Source of the DNA: Methanotrichaceae archaeon | GTDB taxonomy: Archaea > Halobacteriota > Methanosarcinia > Methanotrichales > Methanotrichaceae | DNA: 64,000 nucleotides | NCBI GenBank assembly: GCA_963813075.1 | Contig: CAWEXU010000010.1 | Span: forward strand, 67,648-131,647 | Reading direction: 5' to 3' | In this document: positions 42,739 to 53,171 of the stretch, in pieces | How positions within the stretch are numbered: the stretch's first letter is position 1 | Layout: each line of letters begins with the position of its first letter | The notes under the pieces: generated by a model | What the model saw: the letters and a program-made list of their open reading frames with translations, nothing else | The model's database searches: none | Told to the model about the DNA's origin: nothing | Program-made: the position numbers and the translations under genes

Positions 42739-43464
42739 ATGCTGAGCGATGCCGAGAGGGAGAGATACTCCCGCCAGATCCTCCTCTTTTCTGAGGATGG
42801 CCAGGAGAGGCTTAAGAAAACAAGGGTATTCATAGCAGGAGCGGGTGGCCTGGGATCGGTCATATCTCTATACATGGCCGCTGCGGGCTTTGGCAGGATT
42901 CGCATAGCGGACTGCGACTCCGTTGATACGAGCAATCTCAACCGGCAGATCCTGCACAAAAGCCATGACCTGAACCGGAGCAAGGCCGAGTCTGCGCTGG
43001 AGGCCCTGAGCGCTATCAACCCGGAGGTGGAAGTCGAGGCCCTGGAAGAGACGATCTCCATCGAGAGCATCGAGGACCTGTTGCAGGGCTGCGACATGAT
43101 CATGGATGCTATGGACAACTTCCCGATCCGGTATCTGCTGAACCGCGCCGCTCAGGCAAGAAATATCCCCATGTTTCACGGCGCTATCCGCGGCTTTCTG
43201 GGCCAGGCAACGACCATAGTGCCAGGAAGGACAGCCTGCCTGCGCTGCATCTTTCCCCGTGCTCCGCCGGCGGAGAAGTCTCCTGCCCTGGGCCCGACCT
43301 GCGGGGTTATAGGCTCCATTCAGGTGAACGAGGCCATCAAGTTCGCCCTGGGCAAGGGTGAGCTGCTGGAAAACCGCCTCCTGCTCTGGGACGGTCTTTT
43401 TTCCACTCTGGAGGAGATCTCATGCCAGAGGAATATGTCCTGCCCTGACTGCAACTTTTTCTGA
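42739..43464 (+). CDS. ThiF/MoeB/HesA (E1-like) adenylyltransferase
   Basis: RYSRQI, GAGGLG, SNLNRQ, CLRC and CPDC motifs. Confidence 0.94.
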   Translation: MLSDAERERYSRQILLFSEDGQERLKKTRVFIAGAGGLGSVISLYMAAAGFGRIRIADCDSVDTSNLNRQILHKSHDLNRSKAESALEALSAINPEVEVEALEETISIESIEDLLQGCDMIMDAMDNFPIRYLLNRAAQARNIPMFHGAIRGFLGQATTIVPGRTACLRCIFPRAPPAEKSPALGPTCGVIGSIQVNEAIKFALGKGELLENRLLLWDGLFSTLEEISCQRNMSCPDCNFF

Positions 43465-43614
43465 GGGAATTGAAGAGGGTTGAAGAGATTGATTAAAGAT
43501 TTACTGAAAGTATATTGAGAGCCGGATTCTGGAGCATAGAGTAATCTATTAAGCCTGATCGGTTATATCTGAATCAAATCTGGACTGATAACATCATGAC
43601 TATGAGATGAGCAT

Positions 43615-44064
43615 ATGACAAAGGGCAAGAAGGCGCTGTTGGTGATGGGCTGCCCGGAAGTGCCGGTGCAGATCAGCATTGTAATCTATCTGGCCCATAA
43701 GCTGGAAAAAGCGGGCTGGGATGTGACTGTTGCGGGAACGAATTCCCCGATAAAGCTGCTAAAAGCCGCCGACCCGGAGAGCTATTATGTTAAAAAGACT
43801 GCAGATCTGGACTGGATGATTCAGGAGATCGTGGAGAAGAGGATGGACTTTGACGCATGCTTTGCCTTCATGCATAGCGATGCCGGCATGGCCTATGGGG
43901 CCACTTTTGCTGCGATCTCTCATGCTAGGCATTATGCGGTGGTCTTTGGCAAGAATGCCGAGGCCCTGGGGGAGAGCATAGACTACCCGGCAGAGAAGAT
44001 CGTGGCCAAGGCGACCCATAATCCAGGACCCTTGAAGAGCAAGATAGACAGGGTGGTTATTTGA
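43615..44064 (+). CDS. DUF1890 family protein
   Basis: LLVMGCPEVPVQ, FMHSDAG and THNP motifs. Confidence 0.85.
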   Translation: MTKGKKALLVMGCPEVPVQISIVIYLAHKLEKAGWDVTVAGTNSPIKLLKAADPESYYVKKTADLDWMIQEIVEKRMDFDACFAFMHSDAGMAYGATFAAISHARHYAVVFGKNAEALGESIDYPAEKIVAKATHNPGPLKSKIDRVVI

Positions 44065-44405
44065 GCTGTATTGAGCAGTTGAAGTACAGGCTGTACCTGG
44101 AGAGGACCTCATTCAAAGAGGCCCGCGAATATATAGAGAACAACTCAGAGGAGGTCTACTATGTCGATCCGGGATACAAGATCTTCAAGGACTACTATCT
44201 AATCGGCGTACCCCCGGTGGCTATGGGAGTGCGGGGAAATGAGATTCTCTTCACCTATGTCAAACCCTGCCACGGCACATTCGTTATGGGCATAGACTCC
44301 CCTGAGGAGATCGCCCGGCTGAGGCAGAAAGAAGAGAATAAGATCAAGAAGACGATGAAAGAGGGTCAGAAGAAAGGGCCGGCAAAGGACAAGAGCAGAG
44401 GCTGA
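44061..44405 (+). CDS. DUF1894 family protein
   Basis: SCIE...SFKEAREYI...YVKPCHGTFV. Confidence 0.85.
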   Translation: MSCIEQLKYRLYLERTSFKEAREYIENNSEEVYYVDPGYKIFKDYYLIGVPPVAMGVRGNEILFTYVKPCHGTFVMGIDSPEEIARLRQKEENKIKKTMKEGQKKGPAKDKSRG

Positions 44406-44458
44406 GGCACCCATTACCAGCTTTGGCGATCTGTATAAAAAATAGAGTAAAGGCGATA

Positions 44459-44740
44459 ATGATGATGGTGAGGATCAGGGCATTTTCTGTCTTTCGGGAG
44501 ATCCTGGGAAAGGAGAGAGAGATGATTATCCCTGAAGGCTCGACGGTCATCTCCCTCCTGGAGGAGATTGCATTGTCCTCACCAACATTCAGGGAGCAGG
44601 CCTTTGACCGCTCTGGCGGGCTGAATGACTATGTCCTGCTCATGATCAATAAAAAAATGATCGATCCATTGCATGATCTTTCCATTCCTCTGAACGAGGG
44701 CGATGAGCTGGCAATATTTCCGCCGGTCGCAGGAGGCTGA
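44459..44740 (+). CDS. moaD: MoaD family sulfur carrier
   Basis: GDELAIFPPVAGG C-terminus; upstream of moaE. Confidence 0.9.
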   Translation: MMMVRIRAFSVFREILGKEREMIIPEGSTVISLLEEIALSSPTFREQAFDRSGGLNDYVLLMINKKMIDPLHDLSIPLNEGDELAIFPPVAGG

Positions 44741-44745
44741 AGTCC

Positions 44746-45180
44746 TTGATCAAGGTCACCTCAGACGAGATCAATCTGGAGGAGATGGTCCAGAAAGCGA
44801 AGAGAGATGATTCCGGTGCCATTGTCACATTCCTGGGAACGGTCAGGGACGAGGGCATCCAGATGATGGAGGTGGAGGCATTCATTGAGGCGGCAGAGAC
44901 CGAGCTGGAGCAAATCCGCCTTGAAGCGATTGAACGATTCGGCCTCAAATCGGTGCATATCGCCCACCGAACCGGCCGGCTAGGGGTAGGGGAGAGCATC
45001 GTGGCCATAGTCTGCTCTGCCCCTCATAGAAGTGAGGCCTTCGAAGGGTGCAGATACATCATCGATGAGCTGAAAAAAAGAGCCCCCATCTGGAAGAAGG
45101 AGATTGGAGATGATGGCGCGCGATGGGTGGGAGGAGAAGGAGCGAGAACCGGAAGGGACAAGGAATCAAGCGATGAATAG
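44746..45180 (+). CDS. moaE: Molybdopterin synthase catalytic subunit
   Basis: GAIVTFLGTVR, HRTGRL, PHRSEAF and APIWKKE motifs. Confidence 0.94.
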   Translation: MIKVTSDEINLEEMVQKAKRDDSGAIVTFLGTVRDEGIQMMEVEAFIEAAETELEQIRLEAIERFGLKSVHIAHRTGRLGVGESIVAIVCSAPHRSEAFEGCRYIIDELKKRAPIWKKEIGDDGARWVGGEGARTGRDKESSDE

Positions 45181-45517
45181 AGAGAATCAAGGAGAGAATC
45201 AAGAGAGGAATAACCATAGAATTGTGCTCTGCACTGCCTCTCCCGAGAATGGCGAAAGAATAGCAAAATCACTGGTAGAAGAGCACCTGGCCGCATGCGT
45301 GAATATCTCAAATGTCAATTCCTGCTATTTATGGAATGGTTTGCTCAATTTGGACCATGAAGCCCTCCTGATTATAAAGACCGAGCAGCGAAAGGTTATG
45401 GAGATGATATCGAGGATCAGAGAGCTGCACAGCTATGAGCTTCCCGAGATCATCGTCCTGCCGATAATCGACGGCTATCAACCATATCTTGACTGGATAT
45501 CGCAATCATTAGGGTAG
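45173..45517 (+). CDS. cutA: Divalent-cation tolerance protein CutA
   Basis: LAACVN, YLWNG and HSYELPEI motifs. Confidence 0.93.
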   Translation: MNRENQGENQERNNHRIVLCTASPENGERIAKSLVEEHLAACVNISNVNSCYLWNGLLNLDHEALLIIKTEQRKVMEMISRIRELHSYELPEIIVLPIIDGYQPYLDWISQSLG

Positions 45518-45583
45518 CTATGAATATGATAATGATATTCTCGATAGGATAACGATATATTTTTGCAGTGCATTAGGCTCTCC

Positions 45584-45931
45584 ATGGCCCGAGATCTGAA
45601 CGAGCGCGATATAGAGATTCTGAGAAAGCTGGCACCGGAGATTGCGGAGATGGAGAAGCATGGCTACCAGATCGAGTACATGAACATCCTTCCTCCGGTG
45701 GCGAACCATCACTCCCGAGGGCTTGCTGACTTCGAGCAGCGGCTGAAAAAGCTGTCTGTCGACGATATGCAATACCTCGCGGATATGATCTTCCAGGGAA
45801 ATGAGGGACTGAGCTGTCTGGAGCCCGATTATGCCGAGGTCTTCTCCACCATTGCCGGCCAGAGGCTATCTGTCGATGTGGCAGACAGGATTCGGGAGGT
45901 CTATGAATCCGGAGAAGGATGCGGCGCGTAA
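45584..45931 (+). CDS. Hypothetical protein
   Basis: ATG-initiated ORF in an operon-like arrangement; ILPPVANHHS. Confidence 0.7.
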   Translation: MARDLNERDIEILRKLAPEIAEMEKHGYQIEYMNILPPVANHHSRGLADFEQRLKKLSVDDMQYLADMIFQGNEGLSCLEPDYAEVFSTIAGQRLSVDVADRIREVYESGEGCGA

Positions 45932-45964
45932 ATCAGCATGTCTGGATCTGTGAGAGTGACTTGA

Positions 45965-46759
45965 ATGGCCCATAATCCCGGGGCGAACAACGCCAGGATC
46001 AACGTTGACGACGGCGGAAGAGGGGGATTGCCAGTGGTATTTGTCCATTCCCTCGCCGGAAATGCATCCCAGTGGTCCATGCAGCTCGATCACCTCCGGA
46101 AGGATCGACGTGCGGTGGCCTTTGACCTGCGGGGGCATGGCCAGTCCGATCTGCCTTCCGATGGCGACTACTGGGTGGAGTCTCTGGCAAAGGACATCGA
46201 TATTGTAGCCCGGTCCCTGGATCTGAAGCAGTTCGTCCTGGTGGGGCACAGCCTGGGAGCTTCGATCTCTATTGCCTATGCGGGAGAGAACCCCCATAGA
46301 GTCAGAGGTCTATTGCTTGCCGATCCATCCGGGGATGGTAGGGCATTGCCGGATGAGATAATAGAGCCGTTTCTGGCCGCGCTGCAGTCCGATGACTATC
46401 AGCGTACCATCAGTGATTACTGGCAGACGTTGCTGGTTGGGTCCGGCCAGGTGGTTGTAGAGAGGGTTATGAAGGATCTATTTGCCACCCCGAAAGACGT
46501 GGTAGCAGGTGCCTTCAGGGATAGCCTCCTATTCGATCCGGTCACCATGCTCCAGCGTTATCCAGGGCCAAAGCTCTCTGTTATAAGCCACCTGAATAAT
46601 GCTCCCTACAGCCTTCATAATCTGGTTTCTGATCTTCCTTTCACAAAGATATCAGGCACCGGGCACTGGCTGCAGATGGACCGGCCGGACGAATTCAACC
46701 GGATTCTTGATCAGTTCCTCCTCTCTGTAGAAGGCAGGGGGAAAATGGCAGGAGGATAG
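45965..46759 (+). CDS. Alpha/beta hydrolase
   Basis: DLRGHG, GHSLG and TGHWLQ motifs. Confidence 0.92.
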   Translation: MAHNPGANNARINVDDGGRGGLPVVFVHSLAGNASQWSMQLDHLRKDRRAVAFDLRGHGQSDLPSDGDYWVESLAKDIDIVARSLDLKQFVLVGHSLGASISIAYAGENPHRVRGLLLADPSGDGRALPDEIIEPFLAALQSDDYQRTISDYWQTLLVGSGQVVVERVMKDLFATPKDVVAGAFRDSLLFDPVTMLQRYPGPKLSVISHLNNAPYSLHNLVSDLPFTKISGTGHWLQMDRPDEFNRILDQFLLSVEGRGKMAGG

Positions 46760-46771
46760 CGGTGGATAACG

Positions 46772-47623
46772 ATGGATACGCAGTGGATAGCAGTGGATAT
46801 GCAGAATATGACCACATACGGCATTATCGGCACCGGCCACCTGGGAAGCATGCTGGCAGAGGAATTTATTCGCAGGGGAGCGATCAAAAGAGATGAGCTC
46901 TGGGTGAGCAATCGCAGTCCGAGGAAGGCCCAGGAGCTGGCAGAGGAGCTGGGGGTGCGGGCTGCAGACAACCTGCAGGTGGCGGAAAAGGCGGATGTCC
47001 TGTTTTTGTGCGTGCGACCTATTGATCTCAAGGGAGTGATAGCGGAGCTTTATGACCTGCTCACCCCGGATAAATTGATCGTCTCGGTGGCAGTGGACTT
47101 CTCCCTCCGGCAGCTGCAGAATCTATGCCATGCCAGGGCGGCCCGGGCCATTCCCAGCATCGCCAGCGGTAAGGGGCAGGGGGTCACCCTTCTCGTCCTG
47201 GGCAATGATGCCTCAGAGGATGATAGATCTCTGCTCATTCGGCTCTTCCGGTCTATTGGCTGGCCGGTAGAGGTGGAAGAGGATCAGCTGGAGGTGCTGG
47301 CTGACCTCACCAGCAGCGGGCCCGCATATATCTCTGCCATCCTCAGGGAGTTCGCGCTGGAGGCCTCTATGCAGGGGGCAAAGGTGGAAAAAGATCTGGC
47401 CGAGCAGCTGATCAAAAAGAGCCTGATCGGGACAGCCAGTCTTTTGGAGGATATGAGCTTTGATGATCTGATTGCCATGGTGGCGACAAAGGGAGGGATA
47501 ACTGAGGAGGGGGTTAAGGTGATCGAAGCGGGATCGCCGGAGATGTTCCGCCAGCTCTTTTCGGCGACGTCCGCCAGGCACCGGCTGGTAAAAGAGAGGA
47601 TAAAAGATCTGGATAATAGATGA
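46772..47623 (+). CDS. proC: Pyrroline-5-carboxylate reductase family protein
   Basis: GIIGTGHLG, TSSGPAY and VATKGGIT motifs. Confidence 0.85.
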   Translation: MDTQWIAVDMQNMTTYGIIGTGHLGSMLAEEFIRRGAIKRDELWVSNRSPRKAQELAEELGVRAADNLQVAEKADVLFLCVRPIDLKGVIAELYDLLTPDKLIVSVAVDFSLRQLQNLCHARAARAIPSIASGKGQGVTLLVLGNDASEDDRSLLIRLFRSIGWPVEVEEDQLEVLADLTSSGPAYISAILREFALEASMQGAKVEKDLAEQLIKKSLIGTASLLEDMSFDDLIAMVATKGGITEEGVKVIEAGSPEMFRQLFSATSARHRLVKERIKDLDNR

Positions 47624-48097
47624 TCTGGATGATAGGCGATCTGAAAAGTAGCTGATGCGCTTGATTGCAGTGATTGCATTGCCCTCGGCTACCCATCATC
47701 CTATCCTCGCGGTGAAGCGGCATCACGGTCTTTGTGCAGCAGGTCGCTTTGGCTTCAATGATATCGATATTATGGATGAAGCGGCCAGTATTTGCCATTC
47801 ACCTAATATTCACTCCGTCGGGCAGTGGATGACCGGACCGCACAAAGCCGCAAAGTTTAAATAGATATTTGTACACTAACTAGAAGTTAGTAATATCAGG
47901 TATTAAGAATGATGATCAGAGAAATGATGTGGCCCAGGAATGCGGGCCTCAAAGGACGAACGGATGGTATTGCCCCTGAGGAGATCAACCTTAGCAGAGG
48001 AATGAACACCACACATGAATCTGAATAGCGGTAAAGATAAAAATCATTCAGGTGACGATAAAGCGATTAAAGACGAACTAAGTACCGGAGGATTCTG

Positions 48098-50269
48098 ATG
48101 GCAGGAGATATCACGCTTAAGGTTATTGAAGCCCGCCCCACTGATGTTGGAAGAGGCATCGCCCGAGTTGACCCGCAGGTATTGAACGACATGGGCTGGC
48201 AGGCAGGAGACGTAGTCAGCATTCAGGGTAAGAAGAAGACTGCCGCTTTGGTCTGGCCAGGATACCCTGAGGACACCGGCCTTGGCGTCGTGCGCCTGGA
48301 CGGGAACACCCGCCGAAATGCCGGAGTGAGCATAGACGACCGGGTTCCACTGAAGATCACCCAGGCCGCACCTGCCGATTCAGTGCTTTTCGCTCCCACG
48401 GTCCCCCTTCGCATCACCGGCGGAGAGGAGTACCTGAAGAGGTACATGGAAGGGCGGGTCATCACCAGGGGCGACATAATTGAGATCTCGGTGATGGGCA
48501 GAAAGATCGAGCTCATGGCCACCCGGGTCTCACCCTCCAAGGAAGGTACGGTGATCGGCGAGCGGACAAAGATCGACATCACCGATAAGCCAGCCAAGGA
48601 GGAGAAGGCCGGACCGCGTATCACCTACGAGGACATCGGCGGCCTATCCGCAGAGATCAAGAAGGTCAGGGAGATGATTGAGCTTCCCATGAAGCACCCA
48701 GAGCTCTTCGAGCGGCTGGGGGTTGAGGCTCCCAAGGGAGTCTTGCTCTACGGTCCGCCGGGCACCGGCAAGACGCTGCTGGCCAAGGCTCTGGCCTCGG
48801 AGACCAATGCCCACTTCGAGACTCTGAGCGGCCCGGAGATCATGTCCAAGTACTATGGCGAGTCGGAGGAGAAGCTCCGCCAGCTGTTCAAGACCGCAGA
48901 GGAGCAGGCACCTTCCATCATCCTGATCGATGAGATCGACTCCATCGCCCCCAAGAGAGAAGAGGTGACGGGAGAAGTGGAGCGCCGGGTGGTAGCTCAG
49001 CTCCTGGCTCTGATGGACGGCATGGAGACCCGCGGAAAAGTGGTGGTCATCGCTGCTACCAACCGTCCGGACTCCATTGATCCGGCCCTGCGCCGGCCGG
49101 GAAGGTTCGACCGGGAGATTGAGATCGGGGTTCCCAACAGGCAGTCGCGCCTGGAGGTCCTGCAGATCCACACCAGAGGAATGCCCCTGGCCAAGGACGT
49201 GAACCAGGAGAAGTTCGCTGATGTGACCCACGGCTTCGTGGGAGCGGATCTCGCTGCCCTGGCCAGAGAGGCGGCCATGCGCGCCATTCGCCGGGTGCTG
49301 CCGGAGATCGACCTGGAGGTCGAGTCCATACCGGTGGAGACCCTCAATAAGATCGAGGTCAACAACGAGGACTTCCTGGCAGCTCTGCGGGAGATGGAGC
49401 CTTCGGCCATGCGTGAAGTGATGGTCGAGTCTCCCAATGTGCACTGGGATGAGATCGGCGGGCTGGCAGAGGTCAAGCAGCAGCTGATAGAATCTGTGGA
49501 GTGGCCCCTGACCTATGCCCGGCTCTTCGAGCATATGGACGCCAAGCCGCCCAGAGGAATTCTGCTCTACGGCCCGCCGGGCACGGGCAAGACCATGCTC
49601 GCCAAGGCGGTGGCCACGGAGAGCCAGGCCAACTTCATCAGCATCAAAGGCCCGGAGTTCCTGAGCAAGTGGGTGGGCGAGTCGGAGAAGGCAGTGAGAG
49701 AGACCTTCCGCAAGGCCAGGCAGGCTGCTCCGTCAGTGGTCTTCCTGGATGAGATCGACTCCATCGCTCCATCCCGAGGAGGGATGAGCAGCGACTCGCA
49801 TGTCACCGAGAGGGTGATCTCTCAGATCCTGACCGAGCTGGATGGACTGGAGTCTCTGAACGACGTGATGGTGATCGCGGCCACCAACCGGCCGGATATC
49901 ATCGATGCCGCTCTCCTCCGTCCCGGAAGGTTCGACCGGCTGATTGAGATCGGTCTGCCGGATGAGGAGGCCAGAAAGGAGATCCTGAAGATCCATACTG
50001 CCAAAAAGCCCATGGCTGAGGACGTGGATATCGAGGACATGGCCAGGAGGACGGACAAGTTCTCCGGTGCAGATCTTGGTGCAGCGGTCAATGAGGCGGT
50101 TATGCTCGCCATCCGGGAGTACGTCCTGAGCGGCCAGTGCAAGATAGACGAGGAGATCTGCGAGTACAAGGTCTCCAAGAAGCACTTCGAAGAGGCCTTA
50201 AAGAAGGTCAGGCCCACGGCGACTGAGATGGACCTGTACAAGAGGTTCGCATCCGGCCAGGGGGCATAA
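48098..50269 (+). CDS. cdc48: CDC48/VAT family AAA+ ATPase
   Basis: Two GPPGTGKT Walker A, DEIDS Walker B and RPGRFDR motifs; N-domain DVGRGIAR. Confidence 0.97.
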   Translation: MAGDITLKVIEARPTDVGRGIARVDPQVLNDMGWQAGDVVSIQGKKKTAALVWPGYPEDTGLGVVRLDGNTRRNAGVSIDDRVPLKITQAAPADSVLFAPTVPLRITGGEEYLKRYMEGRVITRGDIIEISVMGRKIELMATRVSPSKEGTVIGERTKIDITDKPAKEEKAGPRITYEDIGGLSAEIKKVREMIELPMKHPELFERLGVEAPKGVLLYGPPGTGKTLLAKALASETNAHFETLSGPEIMSKYYGESEEKLRQLFKTAEEQAPSIILIDEIDSIAPKREEVTGEVERRVVAQLLALMDGMETRGKVVVIAATNRPDSIDPALRRPGRFDREIEIGVPNRQSRLEVLQIHTRGMPLAKDVNQEKFADVTHGFVGADLAALAREAAMRAIRRVLPEIDLEVESIPVETLNKIEVNNEDFLAALREMEPSAMREVMVESPNVHWDEIGGLAEVKQQLIESVEWPLTYARLFEHMDAKPPRGILLYGPPGTGKTMLAKAVATESQANFISIKGPEFLSKWVGESEKAVRETFRKARQAAPSVVFLDEIDSIAPSRGGMSSDSHVTERVISQILTELDGLESLNDVMVIAATNRPDIIDAALLRPGRFDRLIEIGLPDEEARKEILKIHTAKKPMAEDVDIEDMARRTDKFSGADLGAAVNEAVMLAIREYVLSGQCKIDEEICEYKVSKKHFEEALKKVRPTATEMDLYKRFASGQGA

Positions 50270-50295
50270 AGCGCGGGAAATAGAAGAGAAAGTGA

Positions 50296-50334
50296 GGCCG
50301 GAGAGAGGTCCGGCCTTACCATTTAATTTTTTTT
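50296..50334 (+). terminator. Hairpin plus T-tract after cdc48
   Basis: GGCCGGA..TCCGGCC followed by a T-run. Confidence 0.5.
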
Positions 50335-50489
50335 GCTTCATTTATCGGATCATCACATTGCCCAAAGTGACCACAAAAAGGGTCATTATGAGGGCACTTC
50401 TGCTCGTCTTTGACACTAAATTGTTTCACATCCCCCTATGCACTCTCCGCCCTTTGTCACCGAATATCCGGCCATCTTGGGCGCTCTGA

Positions 50490-50879
50490 TCATCCTATCG
50501 TCTGTATTTGTATCAGGTTGCCGCAGGTGTCCTCGAAGACGGCAATGGTAACATTCTCCATTACTTCTGACGGCTGCATTGTGAACTTCACCCCGAGCTT
50601 CTTCAATCGTTCATAGTCTGCGTGTACATCAGAGACACCGAAGTTTATTGCTGGAATGCTCTGCTCGAAAATTGCTTTCTGGTATGTTTTTGCTGCAGGA
50701 TTATCGTTCAGTTCAAGTATGAGCTCGGTGCCGGTTTGATCCTCAGGCGAGACAACGGTCAGCCACCTGTAATCCCCCGCGATGATGTCGCTTTTCTTCA
50801 CAAAGCCCAGGATTTGGGTGTAAAACTTCAGGGCTTTATCCTGATCGTTAACGAATACTTTGGTGTAGATGATTTTCAT
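50490..50879 (-). CDS. VOC/glyoxalase family protein
   Basis: VNDQDKALKFYT, RWLTVVSP and FEDTCGNLIQ motifs. Confidence 0.92.
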   Translation of the reverse strand: MKIIYTKVFVNDQDKALKFYTQILGFVKKSDIIAGDYRWLTVVSPEDQTGTELILELNDNPAAKTYQKAIFEQSIPAINFGVSDVHADYERLKKLGVKFTMQPSEVMENVTIAVFEDTCGNLIQIQTIG

Positions 50880-50902
50880 AATTAACCATACTATTATCTA
50901 TG

Positions 50903-51290
50903 TTATTTAACTTGCGGCACCTCATTTCTCTGTACAATAAAATAGATTGCCGGCCTCCGCAGCTCAGCCAGGCACTGCCCTTCTCCAAAGGTCCTCCCCA
51001 AATCCACATCCACAGAGCGGACCTCAACTGGCACGCCCAACGCCGCCTGCAAATAGATATTCTTCCATTCCAGGGTCTCGAACTCGTCCCGCCTCAGGCG
51101 CGAATAGGCCGCTTTTGCCAGCTTCTGGGCATATTCGGGCGCATCCATCTTGTGCTCCGCTATTGCAAGCAAGACAATGAAACCGGTATGAAAAGCTGGA
51201 GCTTTGCAGGTGAAGAACTGAAGATACTATCAATCTCTGAGTTCGAGGTGCATCCAGTTGCGAAAGCTTCCGACTGCTAGTGGCGAGCAA
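50903..51290 (-). pseudogene. Fragment of a larger unidentified gene
   Basis: Protein-like 3' segment (LRRDEFETLEWKNIYLQAALGVP...) without a convincing start. Confidence 0.35.
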
Positions 51291-51368
51291 CTATATAATC
51301 AAGGTTCCTTGCAAATTAGGATATGAGATAATTCAGCAAAAAGGAAGCGATGTCCGACGGGGTAAACT

Positions 51369-51903
51369 TTAAAAATCTATATCAATTGGAAGACCCACTC
51401 TCATGAAAAACCGTGCAAAAGCCTGGGACAAATGTTCTCTATATGGTGGCATCAGCCTTAATCTCTTTTGATTACGTTTGGATAATTTAATCAAAAAATC
51501 CAGAGGGATACCATAAATCGTTCCTGAAATCGACAACATGAAAATCTGCAACGAATCCCTCCAAATCGCATCGGTTTAGGAGATGGTATCCAGGAAGGTT
51601 TCCCTGGCGCAGCGATTCTTTTCCTTTTCGGCTTTTGAAGAAATCATTTTCAGATTCCATTTCGCTAATCGGCCAAATGGGACTTACCAGGACGTTATCC
51701 AGCTTGTGATGAATGAGATCGCAGGATTGGCTCATGACAATCACATCATATTCAATTATTTCCGCAGATATCCTTCCTACCCCGATTGAAGAAGATGGGA
51801 CGATGACAGGACATGAGCTTATGAAATCGCCTTGCATTAGGGCTTCGCCCGCGTCAACGATATCATACCATGGATAGTCTCTCATGAAAACAAGAACATT
51901 CAC
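51369..51903 (-). CDS. Hypothetical protein (SQSCDL...REHLSQAFARFFMRVGLP family), +1 frameshift at ~51522
   Basis: Two ORFs join as VVDFR-TIYGIP by removing one base. Confidence 0.7.
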
Positions 51904-52115
51904 TGGACTGCTTCAGGCAAGACAACCTTCGGCTTTGCCTTGATGATTCCGCTTACATCTATCTCTAAGAAGTACCTTTTCTTGGGCGGCATGCGAACTA
52001 TTACGTCATATTCTATTAAATTATCAAGATCGGTTTTATTAGCAAATGCTTCCTTTGAATCAACCTTCTCTTTGCACTCCGATTGTGGATATGATTTGGG
52101 TTGGCTGACGGACAT
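51900..52115 (-). CDS. Small hypothetical protein overlapping the downstream gene's start
   Basis: 4-bp overlap; EYDVIVRMPPKKRY. Confidence 0.55.
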   Translation of the reverse strand: MSVSQPKSYPQSECKEKVDSKEAFANKTDLDNLIEYDVIVRMPPKKRYFLEIDVSGIIKAKPKVVLPEAVQ

Positions 52116-52494
52116 GAGAGGCCTCTTTATGGATTGTATGTTTCTTCTTAGAATATATCCCTTTGCCAGGAATGTATTACTCCATTTTGAAGAAAATCAG
52201 TTGCATCACCGGCAGCCAATCGAACGCTCTTTCTGTCGTTGCCCCGGCCTGTGCTCATGCCCATCACCTGTGGGCTGGGCCATCAGGCCTGTTATGCTGT
52301 GTCGTCAGTGCGGGCTTGATTGCCCGGCAAGCGTTCGTTTGAGTGGAGAGGAGCGATGGTCGAGCCATCTTATCAGGTGAGGCTGGAACCGAGCTTAGGG
52401 ATTTCTCAATAGCTGGAGTTTTTAGAAAGATATGTCCTCGCAGTGTAACTCACTAAATCGAAGCATTTATTCCTTTTAACGGCAATAGTAAATT

Positions 52495-52785
52495 ATGCAT
52501 ATTGAGGATCTTCGGAATAATAAGAGAGAGGAGATTCTGAAGATTGCTGCAAAGCATGGTGCTCATAATGTCAGGATCTTCGGTTCCGTTGCCAGAGGAG
52601 AGGCAGATTCAAAGAGCGATCTGGATATTCTGGTGGAGTCTCTTCCAGGCTCAACCTTGCTTAGCCACTCCGCCCAGATCCGAGAGCTTGAATCACTCCT
52701 GAAAATCAAGGTCGATATAGTAAGCGACCGTGGACTGCGAGAGAGAATTCGAGATCGAGTTTTAAATGAGGCGGTTCCTCTTTGA
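52495..52785 (+). CDS. Minimal nucleotidyltransferase (MntA-type antitoxin)
   Basis: FGSVARGE...SDLDILV and VDIV motifs. Confidence 0.92.
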   Translation: MHIEDLRNNKREEILKIAAKHGAHNVRIFGSVARGEADSKSDLDILVESLPGSTLLSHSAQIRELESLLKIKVDIVSDRGLRERIRDRVLNEAVPL

Positions 52786-52937
52786 GGGATGATCGAGAGC
52801 GTCTTCTGGATAATTGATCGTCTTCAGCTCATCGGCGAAGCTTCGAATCATTTCTCGGATGAGTTGATAAAGCAAAATCAGGACATCCCCTGTGCCGACA
52901 TCGTGGGCTTAAGAAACATCCTCGTGCACCATTTAGG
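52782..52937 (+). pseudogene. DUF86/HepT HEPN toxin remnant with internal deletion
   Basis: MRDDRERLLD / RLQLIGEASNHFSDE...DIVGLRNILVH (Rx4H). Confidence 0.8.
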
Positions 52938-53171
52938 GAGCTCCTGCAAAAGATGAATGATGTATAGCGACCTTGTGAGGCACAGCTGCTAAGGTTCCTG
53001 CTGCGCTCTTGCCTTCCATCTGTGGTCCAGGCTGGGCCGAAGGCTCGATTTATTTGAATTATGGATTATATGAGTCCTGACTCTTTTGCCCACATTGCCC
53101 ACCCATCTGGCTCCGGCCACAGGCGAGGAGCATTTTGATATATAATATGAGGATTTGAATAGCGCTAACTA

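Noticed and set aside
48223..50322. Long antisense or alternate-frame ORFs over cdc48 (and likewise over nuoF, fdh, the kinase and nif)
   Set aside because: Shadow ORFs from GC-rich codon bias, with no recognisable motifs.
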